From NCBI RefSeq assembly GCF_009914755.1, contig NC_060945.1: a stretch of 64,000 nucleotides of DNA; one strand, given 5' to 3'. A model generated the notes under the pieces. That model saw only the letters and a program-made list of their open reading frames with translations. It did not search any database and was not told the DNA's origin. The stretch comes from the human T2T-CHM13v2.0 reference genome, Homo sapiens. Both the position numbers and the translations under genes were made by a program. This document shows positions 1 to 12,078 of this stretch, piece by piece. Position 1 is the stretch's first letter, and every line of letters begins with the position of its first letter.

Positions 1-898
1 TGGCAGGTGGTTCTTGGGCCAGCGGGGAGGGGCACCCAGGGTGACAGGCGGTTCTGGATGCTGGTGGAGGATCTGGAGATGGGATGCCCCTCCTGGCCCT
101 GTGGACAGGCCGGCTGGGTGGGCCTCCCATCTCTGTCTGAGCTGGGGGTTCCAACTGCTCAGCCTGGCCCCAGTGCCTGATATGGAGTGGGCAGCGCTTC
201 CTGGCTGCAGCTGGGAGGGTGCCCACAGTGCACCTGCTGGCCGATCATGGCATCCCAGTTGGGCCTGTGCCTTCCTCTGCAAATGTCCTCCCTTCCCAAG
301 CCCCGTGCAGCTGCAGCGTCTCTGTATGTGAGCTCCCATGCGTGGACAGGGAACAGGTGGTTTTCTGCAAGGGAGGAGGACTCCACACACTTCCCCAGTT
401 CAGGGCTGGGGCTGATTCATGGAGGATGATCTGGGGCGAGTAGGATGGGAGGAACTGACATTCTGGGCAGAACCAGAGTCCTGTTTCATGAGTTCGGAAA
501 AGCAGTCTGCAGGGCTCTCCCAGGCCACCACTGCTGCTGCCGTGTGGCTCCCCATGGTGGGTGCTCTGTTTTCCTTCTCGGGGCCCCACTGCCTTCCTAG
601 AAAGGCTGACCCTGGCCGAGGGGAAGCCTGTGGCATAGTGTGCCCTTCTCTTTGCCCTCTATGTCAGCCGGGCAGCAGGAGAGTGGGGACTGGGAGGCAC
701 TTTCTGCCCCAATGCTGAAGTCTGCGTTTGTTGGATGTATGGAACAGCCAGCCTCACCATCCTGCCAGTGTTGCCCAGTCCTGGGACTTCTCGGGCCTTG
801 ATTTCCCCTTCTGTGAAAGGGGGTTGGGGACAAGACAGGCCACCTTGCAAGTTCCTTCCAGCCAGCCCACAAGTCCTGTCCTGTGTGGCTCTGGGTCA

Positions 899-1758
<860 letters not shown>

Positions 1759-2739
1759 TCATTAAACTTTGTGACCATTTCATGCTCACTGCTTTCTTGC
1801 CTGGGAGCTAATGGTGAGGAAAGGTCACTGGGAACCAGCGCACCAACCTCAGACATTGATTTTGTTCCAGCCTTTTTTCCTGGGCAGGGGTGGCTATCAC
1901 CTGCTGGTAGGCAGCGGCAGGCCCACTGTCCTGCCTGCCCTCTGACTGCGGTGTCGGCGACTGCTGCCCGAGGTTTATTTTGAGAAAGAAAAGCCGATTA
2001 AAGGGCCATTAAAAAGGTCTTTTGAAGATTACAGCTTCCAATGAGGTTAACAGAGAAAATTTCCTCCTTCAGGCCGCAGCCAGTCCCGTTCTAAAATCCA
2101 GAACGTGTCCCTTTCCAGTCCCGTTCTAAAATCCAGTCCCAACAACAAAGTGGCCATGTGACATGGCCACTTTGTTCTCCTCCCAAGGGCTCAGCACAAA
2201 GCTGGGTTTTGGCAGCTTCATTGTCTCCGGGCGTCAAAGCAGGTTTTATTTTGCAGAGCACCCTGAAGACATTTGGAAGTGAGGGGTACCCTTGCTGACC
2301 CCTGATCCTGGGGCCCCTTTGCCGTTCCCAGGTCCCCTGACAAGCCCACCAGGCCCCCTGCTGAGATGGCTGTGACCCTGGGCTGACCCGCCCAGTGGCA
2401 CATTGACTCCGCCTGGAGCTGGGGAGACCAGAGAGGCCCTGTGGTTGGACGGTGGCCTGGGTGCGCTGCTCCTGCCCTCTCCTTGCCCTGCCTCAGCTGC
2501 TGCCTGCCAGAGGTGGGCTTGGACCTGTGGTGGGACCAGGTCTGCAGGGAGGGCGAGGGAGGGACGGAGGCTTAGCTTCGGCCAGCTGTGGCTGAGTGGA
2601 TCTCCCTCACTGCCCCCAACTCCAGTGAGGGTGGGGGACAGGGCGCTGCACTCACAGCACCACCTTGGACGCCCAGCCTCAGGCAGCAGGACTTGGCTCT
2701 GCTGACTGTTTTTGGTTGTCGGGTGCTTGGGGTGGCTCA

Positions 2740-2870
2740 GCTGTCTGGGGGGGGCTCGGCTGTCTGTCTCGGGGGGCTTGGCTGTCTGCGGGGGGCTCGG
2801 CTGTCTGGGGGGCTCGGCTGTCTTTCTGGGGGAGCTTGTCTGTCTGTCTGGGGGGCTTGGCTTTCTGGGT
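2740..2870. repeat. ~20-bp G-rich minisatellite (GGGGGGCTCGGCTGTCTG)
   Basis: About 6 degenerate copies. Confidence 0.8.
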
Positions 2871-3375
2871 GTGTGTGGGATGCTTGCTGGGTTCCCGCCC
2901 CAGTTTCAGCTGTAGCAGCCGTGCTCCCATCTATGTGGGGATGTGAGGGAGGCACTGTTCCTTTAGAGACGGCGTTGCTTGCTCAAGTGGAGAAGCTGCC
3001 AGTGTGGGCAGCTCCAGCTCCCTGCACGCTCTGTGCTCTGCCCATTCTAACGTCTGTGCCCCTTCTTCTGGATGGCTGCCGGGCTTGGCTCTGGCCCCCC
3101 TGTTGGATCCCCTGGCTGCTGGGTGGGGAGAGGGCCACCTACTGAACCTGAGGGTGGGTCTGGGTGAGTCCTGGCTCTGCTGCCACCTGCTGGGCTCTGG
3201 AAGGTCCCTCACCCTCCCTCTGGGATCTCATTGGATTCCTGTAGTGTGGGGATGGTGGCAGATACTCTGGCTGCTACGTGAGAACAGTGTGCCGATCCCT
3301 GGGGTTTCTCAAGGCGTGGCACCTCACCTCACACCTGCTCCCTGCTGCTGAGCCCCACGCCAAGCTGGAGAGCGG

Positions 3376-3474
3376 ATGAGAAGCATGTGTAACCAGGGTA
3401 GAGGTCGAGAGTCCTCTCGTGGGGGTCTCCATGTTCAAGGGAGCTGCCGAGGCTTGAGCAGGAGCCCCCAGCAG
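3376..3474 (+). CDS. PFKL: PFKL alternative N-terminal coding exon A ((MRS)MCNQGRGRESSRGGLHVQGSCRGLSRSPQQ)
   Basis: In-frame ATGs at 3376 and 3385; donor CAG|GTCAGC at 3474/3475; matches recalled alternative PFKL N-terminus. Confidence 0.7.
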
Positions 3475-3856
3475 GTCAGCACCTCCAGCCTCTGCAAGTA
3501 CAGGGGGGTGGGAGGGCAGGGGCTTTTGAGGGGCACGAGGCTTGGGGACAGAGGACCCGCATGGCTTAGGGATGGATGGCATGGTATGGGTGCTGGGAGG
3601 GAGGCAGGAAGAGCAGGGCTGGTCCCAGGGGCAAGCACAAACTCAGGCCTGTTACACGGCCCCAGACCTCACTCAGAAGGGGACCCTGGCCGCTGGCGTG
3701 GGTTTCCTCCTCTCTGAAGATTAGGTGGTCTTGGCTGCCCCTTTTGTATGAAGTCATGGATATCTTTTGAGATGGGGGCTCTCGGGAAGAAGGTGTGGGG
3801 TACATTAGCACCAGCGTTTCCTGAGTGCCGCCTCCCCCGTTAATGTCCCTCTCCAG

Positions 3857-3992
3857 GAAACTGGCTTTGCCAAGGCCCCCGCTGGGACAGACTGTTTCTT
3901 TCACTGCAGTCCTGGGAGCCGAGGGCAAGGGGACAGGAAAGAGGAAGTGACCTCAGAGCCTGGTGGCACCAGCATCATGTCCAGGCTGGGGG
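3857..3992 (+). CDS. PFKL: PFKL alternative N-terminal coding exon B (ETGFAKAPAGTDCFFHCSPGSRGQGDRKEEVTSEPGGTSIMSRLG)
   Basis: Acceptor ccctctccAG, donor G|GTGAGG, 136 nt open, phase 1 compatible with exon 2. Confidence 0.7.
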
Positions 3993-4489
3993 GTGAGGGT
4001 CCCTGAGGCCCTGGGGCAGGGCAGTGCTGTTCCCTGGGTGGCTGAGGCCGGAGGGGCTCTGTTCTCAGTCCCCCATCTCATTGCGGAGGAAGGAGCCCAA
4101 GCCCCTTCCAGCAGGTGCTTTCCTCAGTGCCCAGAGGTGCTCCCCGGCTTCTCCATCCCCACGCCGCAGCCTGAATGTCTGGGGTGGGGCCGGTGTGGGA
4201 GGTGCCGGCCTCTTTTCCACCTGCCCCACTTTTTATCCTGCTCTGTGGTCAAGGCCTGGCCCCGTGGCCTGTGAGTGTGGGGGCTCCGTGGCAGAGGTTG
4301 GGGCGGCGGGGTGTGGAGTTCGGGACACCCACACATGCCTGATTGCCATGCTCTGCATGGGATGTTCCCAGTTTATCTCTGGGCACCATACTCCAGGTGC
4401 TCGGAAGCTGAAGCCTAGAGCCTGCTGGGTTCACCCGAGCCTCCACCCGGGGGCCCAGGGCTGGTCCTCAAGTTTCCTGGCCTGGTGCC

Positions 4490-4695
4490 TCCTGAGATGG
4501 GGAGGGTGACCAGGCCTTCCCTACCCCCTGCCCTCTGAGATGGGGAGGGCGTCCGGGCCTTCCCTGACCCTTGCCCTCTTGAGATGAGGAGGGTGACCAG
4601 GGCCTTCCCCCACCACCCGCCCTCTGAGATGGACAGGGTGTCCAGGCCTCCCCTACCCCCTGTCCTCTGAGATGGGGAGGGTGTCCAGGGCCTTG
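4490..4695. repeat. ~43-bp minisatellite x5 just upstream of PFKL exon 2
   Basis: Repeated CCTCTGAGATGGGGAGGGTG(A/T)CCAGG. Confidence 0.85.
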
Positions 4696-4737
4696 CTTCT
4701 CAGCGTGGGACTGACAGGTTTGCCCTGACCTCCACAG

Positions 4738-4811
4738 GCATGAACGCTGCTGTCCGGGCTGTGACGCGCATGGGCATTTATGTGGGTGCCAAAGTCTTCC
4801 TCATCTACGAG
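4738..4811 (+). CDS. PFKL: PFKL exon 2 (GMNAAVRAVTRMGIYVGAKVFLIYE)
   Basis: ccacAG / GTAAGG, 74 nt. Confidence 0.97.
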
Positions 4812-6616
4812 GTAAGGCCAAGGTGGGCTGTGTGTGTGCAGGGAGTGGGGACCTCCTGAGGCGCATGCCGAGGTGTGTTCTGTGTGGGTCACACTGGGAG
4901 ACGGGGTGGTCCTGGCCTGGAGGAGCTGATGGGTATGTGGTCTTGGGGAGTGTGAGGGGGAGCTTGGGGCCAGGCCAAAGGCATCTGCAGAAAGAAGACC
5001 TACTGCCTTGGGACTCAGCCCGGCTGGAGGCTCAGAGGCTGCAGAGCACGGGCCTGGGGGCAGGGAAGGAGCTGGGTGGACAAGGAGTCGAGGCCCTGCC
5101 TACAGTGATCGCTGACGGGCCAGGCCCCACCCACCACACCCCTGCCTGGTGTCCCCCAGCCTGGCCCTTGTCCCGCCCCGAGGCCTCTGTGAGTGGGGGC
5201 CAGGGACCTCACCGCCTCTGCCCTTGTCCTCCCCAGCCTCCTGCCTCACCACCCAGACCCGGGGGGCAGCCGCTGGCAGCAGCTCTGCTGTGTCTATGTT
5301 CATTGTGTCCCCGCAGGAGCAGCGGATGCCCTACTGCCTCAGCCCCAGTCCCCGTGGGAGATTTGGGGCTCGCCCTCCGTCCTGGGTATTTACACACCCA
5401 CACTTGCGCTCACACATGTGCACACACAGGCGCATTCACACACTTGGGCCACACCACGCACTCACAGGCTGCATTCTTGCCTTGTCAGGTGGTTTTCCAC
5501 ATTCCACAAGACAAGGTCTTTTGTTATTTTGTTGCCACTTTTTATGTAATATGTAGCTGTTTATATAAAATGTAGCAACCCCAGCTCTGCAGCCCCAGGC
5601 ACTCAGCCCCACCCCCCTCACTGCTCACTGCTCGCTGCTGACCACTCACCGCCCTGGGTCTCAGTTCCCCCATCTTGGCCCCAGGGAACAGCAGCCTGTC
5701 CAGCCCTCCCTCTGCAGGACTGTGTGAATGAATGAGTGAGTGGGCAGTCTGTGCTGGCCCGTCCTCTCCCTGTGGCCAGGCTGGGGCCCTGCCAGTATTG
5801 GATTAGGAAGCAGGTCTCAGAGCCCTGGGGAGCTGGGTGTGGGGGCCTCTCTAGGCAGGCTGGGCTGTGTCCGTACAAACCCCTCCTGCCACCTGCTCGA
5901 CCTTCAGTTTCTTCTTCTAAGTGGCAAAGGGGAGAAATTAGGGTTTTCCGGAACCCCCACACATTTGTGGTTGGGAAAGACTCCTGTGGCAAAAGACAGA
6001 AAACAGGTTCATCGGTGCAGGGCGTGTCCTGGAAAAGGGGAGAAGAGGCACTTTGCCGTGCCTAGAGTCCTGGCTTCTGCAGAGCCCAGCAGAGACCAGT
6101 GCACATGGAGAAGCCGAGGGGTACAGGGACGCAGCGTGAGGCCCTCGGAGGTGGGGGAATGCAGGAGGGTGAGTTTATGGGAAAAAGAATGAAGTGGGTG
6201 GGCGCGGGTCCTGGGGCTGTCTCTGGGTCCTGAGGGCTGTGAGGGGCATTTACATCCTGTCCAGGCGGTAACAGGAGGAGCCTTAGTCTTGGGATGCTGT
6301 GTGCTGCTTTCCTCTCAAAGGGAGGCAAGGCTGAGAGCTTCCCTGAATCTGCTGCCTAGTGGGCTTTAGCTCAGAAACATCCACATCTAAGAGGCAGATT
6401 TTGAGATGAGACATTCTGATATAGCGGCCCAGGGAAGACTTCCCCTCCGTCCCATGAAGGTTCTTGGAAGAATCCACTTGCGAAAAGCGGATTAATAGGG
6501 CAGAGGTGCTGGCATTCATTGTGAATAGGCATGGAGAGGTAGGGCGAAGATGCTGACCTGCCCTCCTCCCAGGGAAAGGGGCATGGGCAGCCTGGATGAT
6601 TCTAGGGGGGTAGGAA

Positions 6617-6918
6617 TTTTTTTTTTTTTTTTTTTTGAGACAGAGTCTCATTCTGTTGCCCAGGCTGGAGCGCAGTGGCACAATCTTGGCTCGCTGCAAC
6701 CTCTGCCTCCCAGGTTCAAGCAATTTTCCTGCCTCAGCCTCCTGAGTAGCTGGGATTACAGGCACCCACCACCACGCCCAGCTGTTTTTTGTATTTTTAG
6801 TAGAGACGGGGTTTCACCATGTTGGCCAGCCTGGTCTCGAACTCCTGGCCTCTGGTGATCCACCCGCCTCTGCTTCCCAAAGTGCTGGGATTACAGGCGC
6901 GAGCCACTGTGCACGGCC
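6617..6918 (-). mobile_element. Alu (antisense), PFKL intron 2
   Basis: Poly-T plus reverse Alu consensus. Confidence 0.92.
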
Positions 6919-9062
6919 ATGAATGGTTTTTAGGGGATTCAATGGGCTTGGACAGCATCTGTTAGCCCTGGTGACCACCTGCCCAAGTGTGTTGGCAGAC
7001 ACAGGTCTTTCTTCCTACGATGACCTCAGTGCATGGAAACTCAGGGAGGGGACTGGCCGTCACTGTTCCTTTCTCCAGCAGCTATGGGCTTTAGGCAGAT
7101 TCGGGGGCTTCAGGGAGCAGCTGCATCCTGAGCTTGGAGGAGGCAGAGGGTCGAGAGGCAGAAGGGGGAGGTCAGGGAGACCTGCGGCTGCGTCAGTTCA
7201 CATCAGACTGCATTTTGGGTTTCTGAGCCCCCAGCGCTGGCTTCCTTCAGCAGGGAGACCGATCCCTTCTCCTTGGGGCTATTGTTAGGGCAGAAAGGGA
7301 GGGTGGCCTTGGAGGTGAAAACCCTTCTCAGTTCTGACACAAAGGAGGGCTCAGAACAGGCTACTCTTATCCCCCCAGGCAGAGCCCACAGCATAGCAGG
7401 GAGGGCCCTGAGCCTGGGTCCAGGCCTGCAGGGGTGAGAGGAGGGGGCGGGGCTAGAGGGGAAGGAGGGGAAGGTGAGCTGGGCCTAGGAGGACAGAGAC
7501 GGAAACAGAGTGGGTAGAGGGGGGCAAACAGCTTCTAGAAGATTCCAAGGGTAGGAGGAGGTTGTGTCTGTGAGACTGATTCCAGCAGAACTGAGCCACT
7601 GGCCTTGTGGGGTCTCTGGGGACTGCTGGGCTGGCCATACCTGCCTGCCCCTCCGCCCAGTGGGGCAGGGGCCTGGCTGGCGCCTGGGCTCTGTATTGGA
7701 TCCTGAGTTTTGCAGACAGACCTGTGTTTGGTGGCCTCCTGCTCAGGTGGGGCTGTGGGTTTGGGATCATTTTCCTGTTTTCCTTGTTCCTAGCTCAGGG
7801 CTGGTACAACCAGAGGGGGCCAGGCTGGCCTGGCCTGAGCCGGAGGAAGTAGCTCTGTGGTCCCTCAGATCAGCCCCTGAGATGGGGCAGGGGCACCTGT
7901 CCCCCAGCCCAGCTGGTGGGGAAGGGAGGCTGTCAGGCTAGAAGCCCGCCATGGCCAGAGTGGGGATGTTCATGCGCCCCGCAGCGCGCACTATCCCTTG
8001 ACCCCCTGCCTGCTTGAGGCACTTGCCCTCCTGGCCCCCAGGGCCCTGACACCTGGTTGGGGAGAAGGCGGAGGGAGGAGCAGAAGCCCACAGCTGAGCT
8101 GGCATCCGCCCTGGCCGAGGAATGGCTGCTCCACTGCCTCACCTCACGGCCTGGAGAAGGCTGCTGATGCCATGGAGGGACCGGGGCTGCACGGAGGAGG
8201 CCGCCCTTCTCCTCTCCACACCCTTAGTGAAATGCAGTCATGAGTGTCCCTCCCCTCAAACAACAAGAAAGGGCTGGCCGTGCAGTAGGAAACGGGCACG
8301 TGGCACGGAGGCTGTGCAGGTGCCATCTGGGAAATCCCAGGTAGAACCGCATGAGAGGCAGATCCACGGTACTGGATGGAAGGCCCAGTGTGGCCGGCGT
8401 GGCGGGACGCGGAGCCTGGAGCCCCTGCCTGGGGTGTTGCCGGCCCTACGAGCGATGGCCACTCGGGTCCCCTGGACCCAGGAGCTCCCTCGGGTGGGGG
8501 CCCGCCTGTAGGGAGGTGTGTGTGTTCTCAGCTTCCCGCTCTGGCGGGCAGATGGTAGCCTGGGCTGTTCACACGGCCGCCACACAGCAAGAGCACGCGC
8601 CGCACACCCCGCCGGCCGCATGCCTGGGAGGACTCCAGTGGGGACAGAAGGAGCCACGCACAGCAGCCTCTGTGGTGTCATTTCTAGGATGTTCAGAACA
8701 GGCAGACCTAGGATGCACCCTCAGGAGCTGGATGGCGGGCTCCGCTGGGGCCTTCGGGACGCTGAACTTGCCTGTGTGGATCTGGGTGGGGTGAGGGAGC
8801 TCAGACAGGCCCCTGCACCAAAGCACTTGCCACAGGAGTCACGCCCCGGGACACACGGACTCACCAGCTGTGCAGAGGGTGTCTGGAGCCCCCTAGGGGG
8901 CACCCGGACCCTGTTACCCAGGCCCTGGGATGATGGTGGGGCCTCACAGTCAGCACCCTGGTCCTGCTTTCTGCTGGTGGGGTGAAAATCCTGCTCCCAG
9001 ACCACTTGCTGCCGGCCGCCATGGGGTCCCCTATCTCATGCCTGCCCCACTCTTGATTTCAG

Positions 9063-9140
9063 GGCTATGAGGGCCTCGTGGAGGGAGGTGAGAACATCAA
9101 GCAGGCCAACTGGCTGAGCGTCTCCAACATCATCCAGCTG
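9063..9140 (+). CDS. PFKL: PFKL exon 3 (GYEGLVEGGENIKQANWLSVSNIIQL)
   Basis: tttcAG / GTGAGG, 78 nt. Confidence 0.97.
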
Positions 9141-9179
9141 GTGAGGCCTGGGAACGCGGATGCATGTTGCACTTGGACT

Positions 9180-9600
9180 CGCAGACAGACACACAGAGAC
9201 AGACCTGCACACACAGACACACACACAGAGACAGACACGTGCACAAACACACACATGCAGACACACAGACATGCACACAGACGCACACACACACAGATGT
9301 GCACACACACAGATGCGTGCACACACAGACCCGTGCACGGACACACAGGCGCGCACAGACACAGACACGTGCACAGACACACACAGACATGCACACATAC
9401 AGACACACAGACGTGCACACAGACACACAGACGCGCACACAGACACACACAGATGCACACAGACATGGAGACAGATACACATGGATAGACACATGCAGAC
9501 ACATAAATACACAGATACACACGTAGACACACAGATGCGCACACAGGTACACAGATACAGAAACATACAGACATATGTACTCAGAGTCACACACACACGT
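9180..9600. repeat. Degenerate (CA)n/(CAGA) microsatellite
   Basis: Direct reading. Confidence 0.92.
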
Positions 9601-10161
9601 GCCCCATCGCACAGGGACTCAGGTTCAGGCCGACCCTGTCATCTGCTGCCATGGAATTGTTGGGTCGCAGGGTCATGGGGTTGCCAGGGGCCAGGAGGAC
9701 CTGGAGACGTGGCCGTGCTGGGTCCTGGGGGAGCCCTGGCTGAGGCTGGCTATGAGGGGCCACGTGAGCGCACCTGGAGCTGCTGAGGCTTGAGCCCTGG
9801 AGGCCCTGGCCGGTTCCCTGAGTTGGTACAGGGCCTGTGTGTGCACATGTGCACGCACATGTGTGTGGCAACCTATGCGTGTGTGTACTGTGCTTTCCAG
9901 TCTCCAAAGCCTTCCACTCTATTACCTTGGGGCTTCCCAAGCCCAGGACCGGACGGACATCATCCTCCTCTTTGTCTCTCCAAGGAGAGAGGCCCAGGGA
10001 GGTAGGGCCACCTCAGGTTTCCAGAGACCCCGGGGCTTCTGCCTCTCACTCTGCAGGGTCTGCCAGCCCCTTGCTGCCCAGTCCTGGGGTCCCTCTGGTG
10101 ATCCCCAGGGGCTGTCTGCCGCCTGCCATCTCTCCTGAAGTTTCTGGTCTCCTCTGTGCAG

Positions 10162-10351
10162 GGCGGCACTATCATTGGCAGCGCTCGCTGCAAGGCCTTT
10201 ACCACCAGGGAGGGGCGCCGGGCAGCGGCCTACAACCTGGTCCAGCACGGCATCACCAACCTGTGCGTCATCGGCGGGGATGGCAGCCTTACAGGTGCCA
10301 ACATCTTCCGCAGCGAGTGGGGCAGCCTGCTGGAGGAGCTGGTGGCGGAAG
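10162..10351 (+). CDS. PFKL: PFKL exon 4 ([10 protein letters not shown]...[11 protein letters not shown]...ELVAE)
   Basis: tgcAG / GTGGGT, 190 nt, GGDGS nucleotide-binding motif. Confidence 0.97.
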
Positions 10352-11034
10352 GTGGGTCTGTGCCCGGCGCACTGTAGGCCCTGGGGTTTTGTTTTGCCGC
10401 TGCTGCCAGGCGTGGGAATGGGCAGGACAGAGGGACGAGGGATCCCTGGGTGCCCCGAGGCAGAGGAGGGGCTGTCTGGCCGTTGGCCGGGGAGGAGTGG
10501 TGTCTGCCAGCACGAGCTCAGATGTCTCCCAGAGATGGAGGTCAGTGCTCAAGCCTGAGGGAGGGCACCCAGGCAGTGCATGGGGCTGGTGGAGGCCGGT
10601 GTTGCTCACCCTACGCTGCGTAGACAAGTCTTCTCTGTGTTTGATCCGAGTGAGATTCTGGACATGCATGGTCACAGTCTGCAGAAATAGAGTTGAAGTT
10701 GGGGTGACATAAGACACAGAGTCCCGAGATTGCTGCTTGGAAAGTGGCCTCTCGGAGCCATGTCTGTTCCATGTCCCTCATGTGGGGGACCCTGATGTGA
10801 GGCCTTGGCCGCTCTGCAAGGCACCCCAGAGGTCCCCCGTCTGCACTTGGCCCCAGCGGATCCAGCCATGCTGCCACAGGGTTCCAGGCAGGAGGAGGCT
10901 GAGCCTGGAACTCCGGGGCCCCTGCCGGGCTGCACGCCTGGGATGCGGGGGAAGGGGTGGCAGGAGAGGGGTCTCTGGCCCTGTGGTGGGGCCAGTGGAG
11001 CCTCAGCCAGGTCCTCCTGCTGCTCCTGGCCCAG

Positions 11035-11200
11035 GTAAGATCTCAGAGACTACAGCCCGGACCTACTCGCACCTGAACATCGCGGGCCTAGTGGGCTCCA
11101 TCGATAACGACTTCTGCGGCACCGACATGACCATCGGCACGGACTCGGCCCTCCACCGCATCATGGAGGTCATCGATGCCATCACCACCACTGCCCAGAG
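11035..11200 (+). CDS. PFKL: PFKL exon 5 ([10 protein letters not shown]...[11 protein letters not shown]...TTTAQ)
   Basis: cccAG / GTGAGT, 166 nt, catalytic SIDND motif. Confidence 0.97.
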
Positions 11201-11694
11201 GTGAGTGAGGCTGGCGCCGGCGGCCAGCCCAGGGCCCCTCCTCCCCGCACGGTGGTGAGGTGGTCTCAGGGTGACGGCCATCTGCAAGGGCAGTGGACTC
11301 TGGTAGCCCCAGCATCCAGGCCAGCCGCCCTCAGCCCCCAGCTGGGGGAACGCACAGCGGGCTCCACTCCCACTCTGCCAGGCCGCGGGGGGCCTTTGTG
11401 CAGCCCCTTCTGAGGGGCAGCTGCTTGCCCTGGGGTGTGACGCCCCCAAAGGAAGTCCTGGGCTGGCCAGGCCTGGGCTTGGCAAATGACCCTCAGCCTG
11501 GGAGGAGATCAGTCGAAACCAGCCCAAAGGCTGGAAGGATCCCAAGGTATCTTTTAGCTCAGAGCCTGGGCATGAGAAGGGGCTGTCCCCTGCCTGCCTC
11601 TCCATCCACTGGGTCCCTTGAGCACCCCGCAGGGAATCGGGCTGGCAGGGCCGTGTGGCTGGCACTGATGCATCCTCCTGTTCCATCTCCACAG

Positions 11695-11739
11695 CCACCA
11701 GAGGACCTTCGTGCTGGAAGTGATGGGCCGGCACTGCGG
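11695..11739 (+). CDS. PFKL: PFKL exon 6 (HQRTFVLEVMGRHC)
   Basis: cacAG / GTGAGG, 45 nt, MGR motif. Confidence 0.96.
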
Positions 11740-11969
11740 GTGAGGAGGGGCTTCCTGGCCCGCTGGGTGGCCCGGGTGCTGCTGGGGACCGCAGTGACAG
11801 GTGTGGCATATTTATTCTAGGGCTCAGTTAATGCCATGGGTGTGAGAGAGCCGGGTGGGGGCCGGGAGAGACAGAGAAGCTGTGGCCCAGAGTCGGACCT
11901 CTGGGTACAGGGAAGCTCCCCTCAACGGCTGGGTGGGGGTCCTGAGCAGGCAGGCGCTCGCTCCTCCAG

Positions 11970-12078
11970 GTACCTGGCGCTGGTATCTGCACTGGCCTCA
12001 GGGGCCGACTGGCTGTTCATCCCCGAGGCTCCACCCGAGGACGGCTGGGAGAACTTCATGTGTGAGAGGCTGGGTGAG
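11970..12078 (+). CDS. PFKL: PFKL exon 7 (YLALVSALASGADWLFIPE...ERLGE)
   Basis: tccAG / GTGGGT, 109 nt. Confidence 0.96.

Noticed and set aside
3275-3280. TACGTG as a PFKL hypoxia response element
   Set aside because: RCGTG cores are abundant here; cannot single one out without ChIP data.
9036-9786. Cys/Val- and His/Thr-rich ORFs
   Set aside because: Translations of the CA microsatellite.
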